Positions 18,823 to 28,763 of a DNA stretch of 64,000 bases are shown here, piece after piece. Positions within the stretch are counted from its first letter, which is position 1, and each line of letters begins with the position of its first letter. The position numbers and the translations under genes were made by a program. A model generated the notes under the pieces. That model was given only the letters and a program-made list of their open reading frames with translations, was not told where the DNA came from and made no database searches. This DNA comes from Flavobacteriales bacterium (lineage in GTDB: Bacteria > Bacteroidota > Bacteroidia > CAIKAF01): positions 36,615 through 100,614 of the forward strand of contig JAOABX010000006.1 in the NCBI GenBank assembly GCA_026418175.1. Direction: 5' to 3'.

Positions 18823-20073
18823 TTATAAATGTTTTTGCATGGCTGTTTGTTTAGAACTGTCTGCAGAAACTTCTTCTGTAGATGCCTCTGCTGGTGCAGT
18901 TGACTGTTTTTCAGCAATCTGTTCACCAATGGTTTTTTTACTGTTTAACCACTTTGTAAAATCTTCTTCTGTTACGATAACAATAGGTAATTGCATGTTA
19001 TAATGGGCAGAACCGCAAATATTATTACAGAAAAGTAAATAATTAAAGTTTGGATTGCCAAGTTTGGCCTGCATTTCAGCAGTGGTAATAGTAGGTGTAA
19101 ATGTAAAACTTGTTTTTATACCCGGTACACAATACATATGAACTCGAAAATGAGGCATGTAGGCACTATGAATTACATCCTGACTGCGCAGATGAAGTTC
19201 TATAGTTTTGTTTACAGGGAGATAAATGGTATCCTGAAAAACTATATCATCATATGCCGTTTGATAAGGCTGATCCGCAGACTTCTTTTTGAATTCCAAT
19301 ACAAGTTGTAACTGGCGTTTTAATCTTCGATATGCTGTTTTTAATTCAGCTAGTTTTTCCTGATTAGGAAATTTTTCGTTCATTTCAACTTCAAGTCGCT
19401 CTTTTTCCTTAGTCAAGGCATCCAGCTGTTCATCTATTAATTCAGAAGTAATAAGCCCTAGCGTATTGGTACCCGAAATCATGGTATAATTTGCATCACC
19501 CAACAGTTTATCTTTTCCAGCAAAACGCACTGTCCAGTCAAATTGACGAGCATACAATTCAAAAACAACTTTATCCAGATCTTCGCTCTTGCGAGTAGTT
19601 TTGTTCCACACAATTAATCCTTTTAATACCAACACAGCCATTACAACAGCAGGAATAATTGTCCAAACCATTTCTAGCGTATTATTGTGAGCATAATGAT
19701 ATGCTTTTCTGTTTTTGTTGTATCTATATCGGTACGTGAACCACAAAAGAAGGGTTTGCGTAATAAAAAAGGCAATTGTTATAATAATTAAATTTAACTC
19801 AAGCAATGAATCTACTTCTTTACCATGAATACTTGCTGCTGGTGGTAATATATATTTGTAATTGTAATATTTATTCGCAAAGTATATAAACATTGAAAAT
19901 AAGCCCACCATTGATAATAAAAACATGAGAGCCGTGATATTATTTTCACTTTCAGAAATTTCGTAAGGTTTACGGCCTCTCAAAATAGAGGTAAATTCAA
20001 ACACTTTAAGCAAGCGGGCTGCTGTAATAATAGTAAGAATGATTACCGCTGCAAGTAAGATATTCATCAACAT
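18823..20073 (-). CDS. ctaC: Cytochrome c oxidase subunit II (CuA cupredoxin, no fused cytochrome c domain)
   Basis: 416 aa with CuA ligand spacing H(302)...C-N-N-I-C-G-S-A-H-Y-N-M. There is no CxxCH motif. It has extra N-terminal TM segments and an insertion of roughly 65-90 aa, predicted coiled-coil, inside the cupredoxin domain. Confidence 0.8.
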   Translation of the reverse strand: MLMNILLAAVIILTIITAARLLKVFEFTSILRGRKPYEISESENNITALMFLLSMVGLFSMFIYFANKYYNYKYILPPAASIHGKEVDSLLELNLIIITIAFFITQTLLLWFTYRYRYNKNRKAYHYAHNNTLEMVWTIIPAVVMAVLVLKGLIVWNKTTRKSEDLDKVVFELYARQFDWTVRFAGKDKLLGDANYTMISGTNTLGLITSELIDEQLDALTKEKERLEVEMNEKFPNQEKLAELKTAYRRLKRQLQLVLEFKKKSADQPYQTAYDDIVFQDTIYLPVNKTIELHLRSQDVIHSAYMPHFRVHMYCVPGIKTSFTFTPTITTAEMQAKLGNPNFNYLLFCNNICGSAHYNMQLPIVIVTEEDFTKWLNSKKTIGEQIAEKQSTAPAEASTEEVSADSSKQTAMQKHL

Positions 20074-20112
20074 ATGGCCTTTATTTTATTTTCTTGTTGT
20101 ATAACTAATTAT

Positions 20113-21288
20113 TTATATATGATGTTGTTTACTTTCGTTTAAGAACGGATGGTTCTTAGGCACTAAAGCATGTTTGCTCAAAGTACTAAGTACAACAAAA
20201 AGAAACAGCCCTAAAAATCCTAATACCATTCCAATTTCAGTAAAGCCAATATTCCATTTATCTTTTACAGTTCCGGGCATAATAATTTGAAACAAATCAA
20301 GATAATGACCTACCAGCAAGATTGCTCCCACAATAGTAAGAAGCCAGGGTGTTCTCTTTGCATCACGATGCATTAAAATAAGTAGCGGGAAAGCAAAATT
20401 GATGGCTAACATAGGAATCACAATATATCTATAATCTGTATTGAAACGATCAAGAAAATAGTTTATCTCTTCTGGTATATTTGAATACCAAATCAACATA
20501 TATTGTGAAAACCATAGATACGTCCAGAAAATGCTGAAAGCAAACATAAATTTTGCAAGGTCATGGATATGATTTTCGTTAACCCACTCCATTAACCCCT
20601 GACGCTTCAGATGTAATAAAATCAGCATCATCATGATAATACCGCTAACGAACAATCCAGCAAAAATATACCAACCAAAAAGGGTAGAATACCAATGTAC
20701 ATCAATAGACATTAACCAATCCCAAGCAGACATGGAAGAGGTTACTGCAAAAAACACCAAAAAAGTGGCTCCCCAAACTAAACCTTTTTTATGCATTTCC
20801 AGACCTGGCATCGTATCTTCTTTAAGTGATATCTTACGAAACTGCATGGCCAACAATACCCACCCCGCCAAATAAACCACGGTACGAATTGCATAAAATG
20901 TGTTTGAAAGATATACTTTCTTACCACTGTTCAAATAAACTTCATCGGTTTCTTGAAAATGATGGTCCATCCAGTGCCAAATATCATGAACCCCTAATAA
21001 GCCGGTAATAACAAGGGCCAACATTACAATGGCGCCGATAGGCAAATACGAGCTCATGGCTTCTGGAATTCGCTTGAAACCACTATGCCAACCAGCTTCA
21101 CCCACATAATTAACTGCAATAAAAAAGGTTCCAGCCAACGCTATGGCCATATAGAAAAAACCATTTAAAAGCAGATTTGCCCAAACCCTTTCCGGGGTTA
21201 CAACAAATCCGTAAACAATGGATGCAAGACCAATCCCCATCAGGGCTAAGGTTAACATTTTAGTTTTTCCGGCAAACGTGTAATTCAT
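20113..21288 (-). CDS. actF: Alternative complex III subunit ActF (membrane subunit)
   Basis: 391-aa polytopic membrane ORF, last in the actABCDEF order. Position and topology match the quinol:cytochrome c oxidoreductase membrane subunit. Confidence 0.7.
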   Translation of the reverse strand: MNYTFAGKTKMLTLALMGIGLASIVYGFVVTPERVWANLLLNGFFYMAIALAGTFFIAVNYVGEAGWHSGFKRIPEAMSSYLPIGAIVMLALVITGLLGVHDIWHWMDHHFQETDEVYLNSGKKVYLSNTFYAIRTVVYLAGWVLLAMQFRKISLKEDTMPGLEMHKKGLVWGATFLVFFAVTSSMSAWDWLMSIDVHWYSTLFGWYIFAGLFVSGIIMMMLILLHLKRQGLMEWVNENHIHDLAKFMFAFSIFWTYLWFSQYMLIWYSNIPEEINYFLDRFNTDYRYIVIPMLAINFAFPLLILMHRDAKRTPWLLTIVGAILLVGHYLDLFQIIMPGTVKDKWNIGFTEIGMVLGFLGLFLFVVLSTLSKHALVPKNHPFLNESKQHHI

Positions 21289-21324
21289 CGTTTTTTCTCT
21301 TTTCTGGTTATTACCATTAAAAAA

Positions 21325-21978
21325 TTACTTTCCTTTTGTAGCTAATGTACTATCGGCAGGAGCAGCAGATGCTGTTCCGCCAGCTTTCTGTAATTGTTGT
21401 ACATAAAAAACAATCTGCCAGCGTTCATAGGCTGAAAGCTGGGAGGCATATGGGCCCATATTTCCTTTACCATATTGCATGGCATGAAAAATTTGACCCT
21501 CCGAAATGTTTTTTAATTGGTCTGAATTATAGGCCGGTGGCTGTAATCCATAGTTTTCTTTAGCTAATAAAACTTTAACAACTGAACCATCGCCTTGGCC
21601 CTCTTTTCCATGGCAAGCAATACAAAATATCTCATACAAACGCTTACCTTCTGCCAAATTAGCTTCGGTAGGTTCCAGCGGGTTTTTAAGAAAAGCAATG
21701 GCAGAATCACGACCTGATGGCGTATTAGAATATGGATATGGCATAAAGTTGATCATCTTACTCCGATCAAACGAATGCGCTATTGTTCCCGGAACAGGAT
21801 CCTGGTTGGTTTTGCCATCAGCAAAATTGGGGTTTTTCTCTCCGGGTTTGTAGGCAGGTGAATAATACATATCCGGCATGTATTCAAAACCGGGACTGTT
21901 TTTATCCTTAAAACAGGAAGTAAACACCATGCTTATGGCAGCTATTCCAAGCAAGATATTTCTATTAATCTTTTTCAT
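21325..21978 (-). CDS. actE: Alternative complex III subunit ActE (monoheme cytochrome c lipoprotein)
   Basis: 217 aa with the lipobox MVFTSC and a single CIACH heme motif. Confidence 0.75.
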   Translation of the reverse strand: MKKINRNILLGIAAISMVFTSCFKDKNSPGFEYMPDMYYSPAYKPGEKNPNFADGKTNQDPVPGTIAHSFDRSKMINFMPYPYSNTPSGRDSAIAFLKNPLEPTEANLAEGKRLYEIFCIACHGKEGQGDGSVVKVLLAKENYGLQPPAYNSDQLKNISEGQIFHAMQYGKGNMGPYASQLSAYERWQIVFYVQQLQKAGGTASAAPADSTLATKGK

Positions 21979-22001
21979 CTGTTTTGAATCAATACGATGG
22001 T

Positions 22002-22544
22002 TTAATCTTTGTATTTAAGTTCAGAATCATTTACTTCAATAGCTTGGGTTTCTCTTACCAAGCTTTTAAGTTCTGCTTCAGACAATTTATTATCATCAAG
22101 TACAATCTCCATAACAAACTTGTCATCTGTAGAACGAGGATCAGGATTCATGGCTTTAAAACCGGGGAAAAGGCGTGAACGAATAAGAAACGTAAAATTC
22201 ATCAAGTGAGCAGCAATAAGCACAGTTACTTCAAACGTAACTGGTACAAACGCCGGCAAATTTTGACTTAAAGAAAAGCTAGGTTTTCCTCCAATATTCA
22301 TCGGCCAATCTTTAATATTCATATACCAAATCATCAGCAAAGCTAGCGTGGTACCTGTCAATCCATAGAAAAATGCAACTGTTGATATGCGGGTGGGTTT
22401 TACTCCAAGTACCTTATCAATACCGTGAATTGGAAATGGAGAGTAAACCTCACGGATTTTCACTCCTTTACTTATCAGATGCTTGGCTCCGTAAAGGGTT
22501 TCATCCGGATCATTAAATACTGCCAGAATTGTTTTTTTACCCAT
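22002..22544 (-). CDS. actD: Alternative complex III subunit ActD (DUF3341-type)
   Basis: 180 aa with two central TM helices. It lies between actC and actE. Confidence 0.7.
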   Translation of the reverse strand: MGKKTILAVFNDPDETLYGAKHLISKGVKIREVYSPFPIHGIDKVLGVKPTRISTVAFFYGLTGTTLALLMIWYMNIKDWPMNIGGKPSFSLSQNLPAFVPVTFEVTVLIAAHLMNFTFLIRSRLFPGFKAMNPDPRSTDDKFVMEIVLDDNKLSEAELKSLVRETQAIEVNDSELKYKD

Positions 22545-22582
22545 AGCGCTTATTCAGTTTTTTCCTTTTTTTAGTTCGATTT

Positions 22583-23992
22583 TTAATGATGCGACTCTTC
22601 GCCTACCTTTTCATACTCATGTTCTGTTTTCTTTTTCCACCCATCACCAGATACTTTTAATATAGACTTGGTTTCTGCAATAGCAATAACCGGAAATGTT
22701 CGGGAAAAGAGCAAGAACAAGGAGAAGAAGATACCTAATGTGCCAATGAAGATACCAATATCTACAAAAGTTGGATAAAACATCGTCCATGAAGATGGTA
22801 AGAAATCTCGGTGAAGGGAGGTTACAATAATTACAAAACGTTCAAACCACATTCCAACGTTTACTACCAATGATAAAAGGAATGTTGCCAACAAGCTGCG
22901 ACGGATTTTGCGGAACCAGAACAACTGCGGACTAATAACGTTGCAACTCATCATAATCCAGTAAGCCCAGGCATATGGTCCAGTCGCACGATTTAAGAAC
23001 GCATAGTGCTCATATTGAACTCCGGAGTACCAAGCAATAACTAACTCAGTAATATATGCAACACCCACTATTGATCCTGTTACCACAATAATTTTGTTCA
23101 TGGATTCCATGTGGTTGATTGTAATATATTCTTCCAGATTTAATACTTTTCTCATAATAATCAGCAGCGTTGCAACCATGGCAAATCCAGAGAAAATAGC
23201 ACCTGCAACGAAATAAGGAGGGAAAATAGTGGTATGCCAACCAGGAATAACAGAGGTGGCAAAGTCCATAGATACGATGGTATGAACTGACAACACCAGC
23301 GGAGTAGAAAGACCAGCCAAAACAAGCGAAACTTCTTCAAAACGTTGCCATGCTTTTACATTTCCGCTCCATCCTAAACTCACTACACTGTATATTTTTT
23401 TCATAAATGGAATAATCTGGCGGTCACGTACTGTGGCAAAGTCTGGAATCAAGCCAATATACCAGAAACCAAGCGATACAGAAAAATATGTAGAAATAGC
23501 AAAAAGGTCCCAAAGAAGCGGCGAGTTAAAGTTTACCCACAAGGAACCAAACTGGTTAGGTACAGGGAAAAACCAATATACTACCCATACACGGCCCACG
23601 TGAATACCTGGGAACATGGCGGCACAAATCACCGCAAAAATGGTCATTGCTTCTGCAGAACGGTTTATAGCCATTCTCCACTTTTGACGGAATAGTAAAA
23701 GGATAGCAGATATCAAAGTACCGGCATGACCAATACCTACCCACCATACGAAATTGGTGATGTCCCACGCCCAACCTACTGTTTTATTTAACCCCCATAC
23801 GCCGATCCCAGTACCAAATGTATAAGCAATAAGTCCAAGCCCCCACAATGCACACATGGCGGCCACAGTAAATACCAGGTACCATAGTTTATTGGCCCGG
23901 CCTTCAATAGGCTTACAAATGTCTTCCGTAATCTGATGATAATCTTTATTACCAAGAATTAGCGGCTCCCTGATTGGTGATTCAATATGCAT
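22583..23992 (-). CDS. actC: Alternative complex III subunit ActC (NrfD/PsrC-like quinol-binding membrane subunit)
   Basis: 469-aa polytopic ORF with NrfD-like topology. It lies immediately downstream of actB. Confidence 0.85.
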   Translation of the reverse strand: MHIESPIREPLILGNKDYHQITEDICKPIEGRANKLWYLVFTVAAMCALWGLGLIAYTFGTGIGVWGLNKTVGWAWDITNFVWWVGIGHAGTLISAILLLFRQKWRMAINRSAEAMTIFAVICAAMFPGIHVGRVWVVYWFFPVPNQFGSLWVNFNSPLLWDLFAISTYFSVSLGFWYIGLIPDFATVRDRQIIPFMKKIYSVVSLGWSGNVKAWQRFEEVSLVLAGLSTPLVLSVHTIVSMDFATSVIPGWHTTIFPPYFVAGAIFSGFAMVATLLIIMRKVLNLEEYITINHMESMNKIIVVTGSIVGVAYITELVIAWYSGVQYEHYAFLNRATGPYAWAYWIMMSCNVISPQLFWFRKIRRSLLATFLLSLVVNVGMWFERFVIIVTSLHRDFLPSSWTMFYPTFVDIGIFIGTLGIFFSLFLLFSRTFPVIAIAETKSILKVSGDGWKKKTEHEYEKVGEESHH

Positions 23993-24031
23993 AGGTTATT
24001 CAGCTTATCGTTATAACTTAATCTTTAATTT

Positions 24032-27000
24032 TTAATGTCCTCCATGTTCTTCTTTATGCGATTCATGTTCCTTATGGTTATCTTCATGACCGCCTGCATG
24101 ATGCGCGTCAGCATGACCATACTCCTCTTCTATATTTCGAACCTTGGTTTGATAAATTACATTAGGTTTGATACCTATTTCTTCCAGCAAGTGATATGCC
24201 CGAGGATTTTTCTCCAATTTGGCAATCATGCTTTCAGTATCGTTGTAATCTCCAAAGATAATGGCGTTAGTAGGACAAGCTTCTGCACATGCTGTTTTAA
24301 TTTCCTGATCTTTCACCATGCGGCTTTGCTTTTTAGCCTCTAGTTTACCAGCCTGAATTCGTTGCACACACATCGAACATTTTTCCATAACTCCGCGTGC
24401 ACGCACGGTAACATCCGGATTCAACACCAGCTTGCCCAAATCATCATTCATATAGTAATCAAACTTCTTGTTCTCAGCATACTGGAACCAGTTGAAACGA
24501 CGAACTTTGTATGGACAGTTGTTTGCACAATAACGCGTACCTACACAGCGGTTATATGTCATTTGATTTAGCCCTTCAGAACTATGGGTAGTAGCCAATA
24601 CCGGACAAACGGTTTCACAGGGGGCATGATTACAATGTTGACACATTACCGGCTGAAATACTACTTTCGGATTACGAGATGGGATTTCCTTGCTTCGATA
24701 GTTGTCGTTTCCTTTTTCATAACGGGTAGATGGATCTGCATCAGATGTATAGTACCGGTCTATACGCAACCAATGCATATCACGTGAACGACGAATTTCA
24801 TCTTTGCCTACAACCGGCACGTTGTTTTCTATATGACAGGCTACAACACAAGCACCACAACCGGTACAAGTATTCAAATCAATAGAAAGCCCCCACCGAT
24901 GGTTTATCATCTTGAAATCTTTCCAATAATCTATTTTACTTACCGGTGCTTCATGGCCATCAATAGTTAAATCTTTAACATTGGTATGCATTAATTTATC
25001 TGGATTCCCCGATTTTGGGTTCTGCAGATATTCTTTTAATGAAGTTTCTTTTACAATGTCGCGGCCCATCATGGTATGGTGTGTCTGAGTCCCCGCCAAC
25101 TGGTATTTTCTACCCGCAGGCTCAACTGTAGCATTGTAAACAGATGTAGTAAAATAATTACCCACAAAAGACAAGATAGGGAACGCATTTACCCCAACTA
25201 CCTCATCTTTCTTTCCAAACTTACGACCATACCCCAAGGCAATGCCAATAGTGCCGGGAGCTTGGCCTGGTTGAGCTAACACAGGCAACTCCAGCGTTTT
25301 TCCATTGGCTGTTACTTTGGCCACATGCGCCCACTGATTTTGGCCCATCAGCTTGTTAAACTTAAATTCCGGCTTATCCATATCTTCAGGAGCCATGGTT
25401 ATATAATTATCCCACGTTACACGGGTAATAGGGTCGGGTAATTCCTGAAGAATAGGATTTGACGCCTGGTTTCCGGTACCAATACCAACTTTTTCATACA
25501 GCACTACTTCCCAACCGGTTGATGCAGCAGCAACTTTTACAAGTGCTGAGGCCGCCTCAGTAACATTGGCAGTTGAAACAACATCGGTTGTTACATCAAC
25601 AGCAGTATTTGTTTGGTATACACCATCGTGAAGACTAATATTCCAGAAATCATCAAACATTAGCATTCCGGAAGTAGCAAACAATGTATTTTTCCAGTTA
25701 TTCTTAATGTAGTCGCGATAAACAGTGCTGTTTTTATCAGAACGGTTAGCCTTGCCAGCCCATACCAGCAACGACTCCTGGGCAGCACGGGTATCAAAAA
25801 GAGGATGAATAGTGGGTTGTTGTAAGCTGTAATGTCCCTTCACAGGATTATAATCATTCCAAGCTTCAAGATAATGATGATCAGGGCAGAGATATTGCGT
25901 TACTGTTTCTTCTACTCTATCAGCAAATGAAACCGAAAGGGCTGCTGTTTTCAATGCTTCATTAAAGTCGGTACCGTTAGGTAAAGTATACGCTGGATTT
26001 ACACCGTATAAGATTACTGCATTCCCCTTGATATTTTTTACCAGCTCGGCCATCGCCTGATCATTTCCCTGATACAGATTTACTTCATTATTCAAATCGA
26101 TGGTATGGCCATAGCTTTCCAACAAAGCATTGATTTCATTAGTAACTATTTGAGCATTCACATCATTCAATCCGCACACTACCAATGCTTGCCCTTTATG
26201 ATTCCATAAATAATCTCCACAAGCTTTTATTTCTGCTTCAAATGAAACATTAACGTTAGATGCACCCTGCTTCCCGGCTTTTGCTGCCAAGTAATTATAC
26301 AATGCTACCAAACCAACACCAATTTCAGATTGTTTGATCATGGTTCGATAATCAGCATTTGAGCCGGCTAATGACATAATTGCCTCGAACTGAAAATGAC
26401 GAGACATATTTTTATTTTCAGGACGACGGGTTTCGGCATATTGCTTTTCGTAAACACCGCTCATTAACCACCCGTTTAGAAAATCAGCTCCAAATGATGC
26501 AATGGCAAGTGCTTTATCAAAATGATATGATGGAATAACCGACTTGCCAAATGAACGTTGGTTGGCTTCGCGAATGGCACTATATGAAACAGCATCATAC
26601 TGAATATGTTCAACATTGCCAAAGGCAGCCTTGAATTCATTAATAACAGCTGCAGTTGATGGACTAATAATGGTATTTGTAACCAAATACGTTTTACCAC
26701 CTTTAGCAGCCACCTCATGAAGTTTAGCGGTAATCTCTTCATCTGCTTGTTTCCAGGAAACCGGCGCCCCTTCTTTCATGGCAGACTTAGCACGCTTGCT
26801 GTCATACAATGACAATACAGACGCCTGAACACGAGCATTGGTAGTGCCTGAAGTAACACCAGACAATTTGTTACCATCAACTTTTATTGGGCGACCTTCA
26901 CGGGTTTTTACCATGATGCTATAATAGTCGCTACCATCGTAGTAAGAAGATGCATAGAAATTAGGAACACCAGGCGTAATGGTTTCTGGCTTTATGACAT

Positions 27001-27235
27001 ATGGAATGGCTTTTTTGATAGGAGCTTCGCAGGCAGCAAGTGTTGCTGCTGTCATGCTAAAACCTAGGAATTTCAGAAAGTCGCGACGATTGGTCTTCGT
27101 ATCTGCAATCTTTTCTTCTCCTAGAAACTCATGGATCGGAAGATCTTCTGCAAACTCATTATCCCTGTTTTTTATGAACTGGGGATCGTTTTCCAGTTCT
27201 TCGTAACCTTTCCAGTATACTTTATTCTTACTCAT
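24032..27235 (-). CDS. actB: Alternative complex III subunit ActB (molybdopterin-oxidoreductase-like plus 4Fe-4S domains, extended TAT leader)
   Basis: 1067 aa. The RRDFLKFLG twin-arginine motif sits at residues 50-58, after a long N-terminal extension. This matches the TAT-variant-translocated type. Ferredoxin cysteine clusters are present (CTGCGACVVAC, CQHCNHAPCETVCP, CVGTRYCANNCP). The C-terminal tail has 9 His in 28 residues. Confidence 0.85.
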   Translation of the reverse strand: MSKNKVYWKGYEELENDPQFIKNRDNEFAEDLPIHEFLGEEKIADTKTNRRDFLKFLGFSMTAATLAACEAPIKKAIPYVIKPETITPGVPNFYASSYYDGSDYYSIMVKTREGRPIKVDGNKLSGVTSGTTNARVQASVLSLYDSKRAKSAMKEGAPVSWKQADEEITAKLHEVAAKGGKTYLVTNTIISPSTAAVINEFKAAFGNVEHIQYDAVSYSAIREANQRSFGKSVIPSYHFDKALAIASFGADFLNGWLMSGVYEKQYAETRRPENKNMSRHFQFEAIMSLAGSNADYRTMIKQSEIGVGLVALYNYLAAKAGKQGASNVNVSFEAEIKACGDYLWNHKGQALVVCGLNDVNAQIVTNEINALLESYGHTIDLNNEVNLYQGNDQAMAELVKNIKGNAVILYGVNPAYTLPNGTDFNEALKTAALSVSFADRVEETVTQYLCPDHHYLEAWNDYNPVKGHYSLQQPTIHPLFDTRAAQESLLVWAGKANRSDKNSTVYRDYIKNNWKNTLFATSGMLMFDDFWNISLHDGVYQTNTAVDVTTDVVSTANVTEAASALVKVAAASTGWEVVLYEKVGIGTGNQASNPILQELPDPITRVTWDNYITMAPEDMDKPEFKFNKLMGQNQWAHVAKVTANGKTLELPVLAQPGQAPGTIGIALGYGRKFGKKDEVVGVNAFPILSFVGNYFTTSVYNATVEPAGRKYQLAGTQTHHTMMGRDIVKETSLKEYLQNPKSGNPDKLMHTNVKDLTIDGHEAPVSKIDYWKDFKMINHRWGLSIDLNTCTGCGACVVACHIENNVPVVGKDEIRRSRDMHWLRIDRYYTSDADPSTRYEKGNDNYRSKEIPSRNPKVVFQPVMCQHCNHAPCETVCPVLATTHSSEGLNQMTYNRCVGTRYCANNCPYKVRRFNWFQYAENKKFDYYMNDDLGKLVLNPDVTVRARGVMEKCSMCVQRIQAGKLEAKKQSRMVKDQEIKTACAEACPTNAIIFGDYNDTESMIAKLEKNPRAYHLLEEIGIKPNVIYQTKVRNIEEEYGHADAHHAGGHEDNHKEHESHKEEHGGH

Positions 27236-27271
27236 AGGTATTTAAATCCGTTATGGAAATGAATTTTTTAA

Positions 27272-28666
27272 TTAATAATGACACTTTGAGCACTCCAAAC
27301 CTCCTATCTTTTCTACAGTAAAGGCCTGTCCTTTACGCATTTCGTACTCACCATAATGTTCTTTGTAATAATTATGGAGACGCTCATAGTATCCGTTGTC
27401 TGCATATTGTACTTCTGTTTGACGATGACAGTTGATACACCAACCCATGGTTAGTGGTGAATATTGATATACTTTTTCCATTTCTTCCAATTTTCCATGA
27501 CAAGTGGCACACTCAACTTTACCCACCACAACGTGTTGCTGATGACTAAAGAATGCATGATCTGGCAGATTATGTATTTGCACCCACTGTACTGGTTTTT
27601 GAATTTGTTTCTCAACTTCTTCAAAAGCACCTTTGGTATCACTTAACCACTCAGCAAACACCTTCTTCACTTCCTCGGTATTCATGTTTTGATAATCTTG
27701 GAAATACTCCTTTTTAATAGGGTTCCAACCTATAGCAGCATAAATTTTAGAAATTTCCTTTTTGCCATATTGAGGACCAACCTCTACAGCCTTATGACAA
27801 TTCATACATACGTTGCTTGATGGAATGTTAGCATGTTTACTCTTTTCGGCCGTACTGTGGCAATATGTACACTCAATTTTATTTTGGCCAACATGCAGTT
27901 TGTGAGAAAAAGCAATGGGCTGGTCAGGCATATATCCGGTAACATTACCATTTTTATCTTTAAAACCACCATATACCCCAATATTATTGAGTGCCCAAAA
28001 ACCTTTCAGTAGCAGCCAACATAAAATAACAAAAGCAATTGTAAATGAAATTTTCTTGTGTGTAACAATCCAGCCCCAAAGATTATTGAAGAAATCAAAT
28101 GGTTTGGATTCAGGCAGTTTGCCCAACCCTTCTTTTTCGCGCTGCAAATTTTCCATGGCTCGCGAAACACTGCGTAATGCAGAAGAAAGAATTAACAGCA
28201 CAAATGCTAGCCCAATAAGCAGATATGTAATTTGGGTAGAAGACATTCCACCCTTATCACCCTTCGCATCCGCTCCAGGTGCTGTTGCCGTAGCGGCATT
28301 ATCTTTTTTCTCTTCTGCCGGAGGATTGTCAATGTATGCTAAAATATCCTGAATGTCTTGGTCGGATAAGTTAGTAAATGCAGGCATTTGTTGACCTCCA
28401 TACTCCTTGTACAAGTCGTTGGCATACTTATCACCGGTTTTCAAAAACTCCGCTGAATTCTTAATCCAAGCTATTAATTTAGATTCATCCGGCCAACGGT
28501 TACGAACTCCGGCCAAGCCAGGACCAATCATTTTTTGGTCTGTAGCATAATGACAACGGGCACAGTTTGTTTTGAATAAAGACTTTCCCTTCACATTATC
28601 GCCTGCTGCATATAACTGCCCAAACAGTGACACAGAAAATATGAAAACGAAGGCTAATGCTTTCAT
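27272..28666 (-). CDS. actA: Alternative complex III subunit ActA (multiheme cytochrome c with an extra N-terminal monoheme domain)
   Basis: Six CxxCH motifs are present: CARCH, CTYCH, CMNCH, CATCH, CINCH and CSKCH. I prefer the start at ATG 28666 (MKALAFVFIFSVSLFGQLYA signal peptide), with ATG 28699 as an alternative. The track start at 28759 is a TTG lying at the predicted transcription start. Confidence 0.8.
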   Translation of the reverse strand: MKALAFVFIFSVSLFGQLYAAGDNVKGKSLFKTNCARCHYATDQKMIGPGLAGVRNRWPDESKLIAWIKNSAEFLKTGDKYANDLYKEYGGQQMPAFTNLSDQDIQDILAYIDNPPAEEKKDNAATATAPGADAKGDKGGMSSTQITYLLIGLAFVLLILSSALRSVSRAMENLQREKEGLGKLPESKPFDFFNNLWGWIVTHKKISFTIAFVILCWLLLKGFWALNNIGVYGGFKDKNGNVTGYMPDQPIAFSHKLHVGQNKIECTYCHSTAEKSKHANIPSSNVCMNCHKAVEVGPQYGKKEISKIYAAIGWNPIKKEYFQDYQNMNTEEVKKVFAEWLSDTKGAFEEVEKQIQKPVQWVQIHNLPDHAFFSHQQHVVVGKVECATCHGKLEEMEKVYQYSPLTMGWCINCHRQTEVQYADNGYYERLHNYYKEHYGEYEMRKGQAFTVEKIGGLECSKCHY

Positions 28667-28763
28667 CGAGTGGGTTTTGAGAGTTTTGGAATTCGTCATA
28701 TTCGCTCGTATTAAGCTCCGCAAAGAAATATATTTGTTAAGAATTGTCAAATGATTCAAGGCG

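Noticed and set aside
24032-27235. ActB as a possible selenoprotein or catalytically active molybdoenzyme
   Set aside because: The reading frame is uninterrupted, with no in-frame TGA. ACIII ActB is known as a molybdopterin-oxidoreductase-like scaffold, and nothing in the sequence argues for a new activity.
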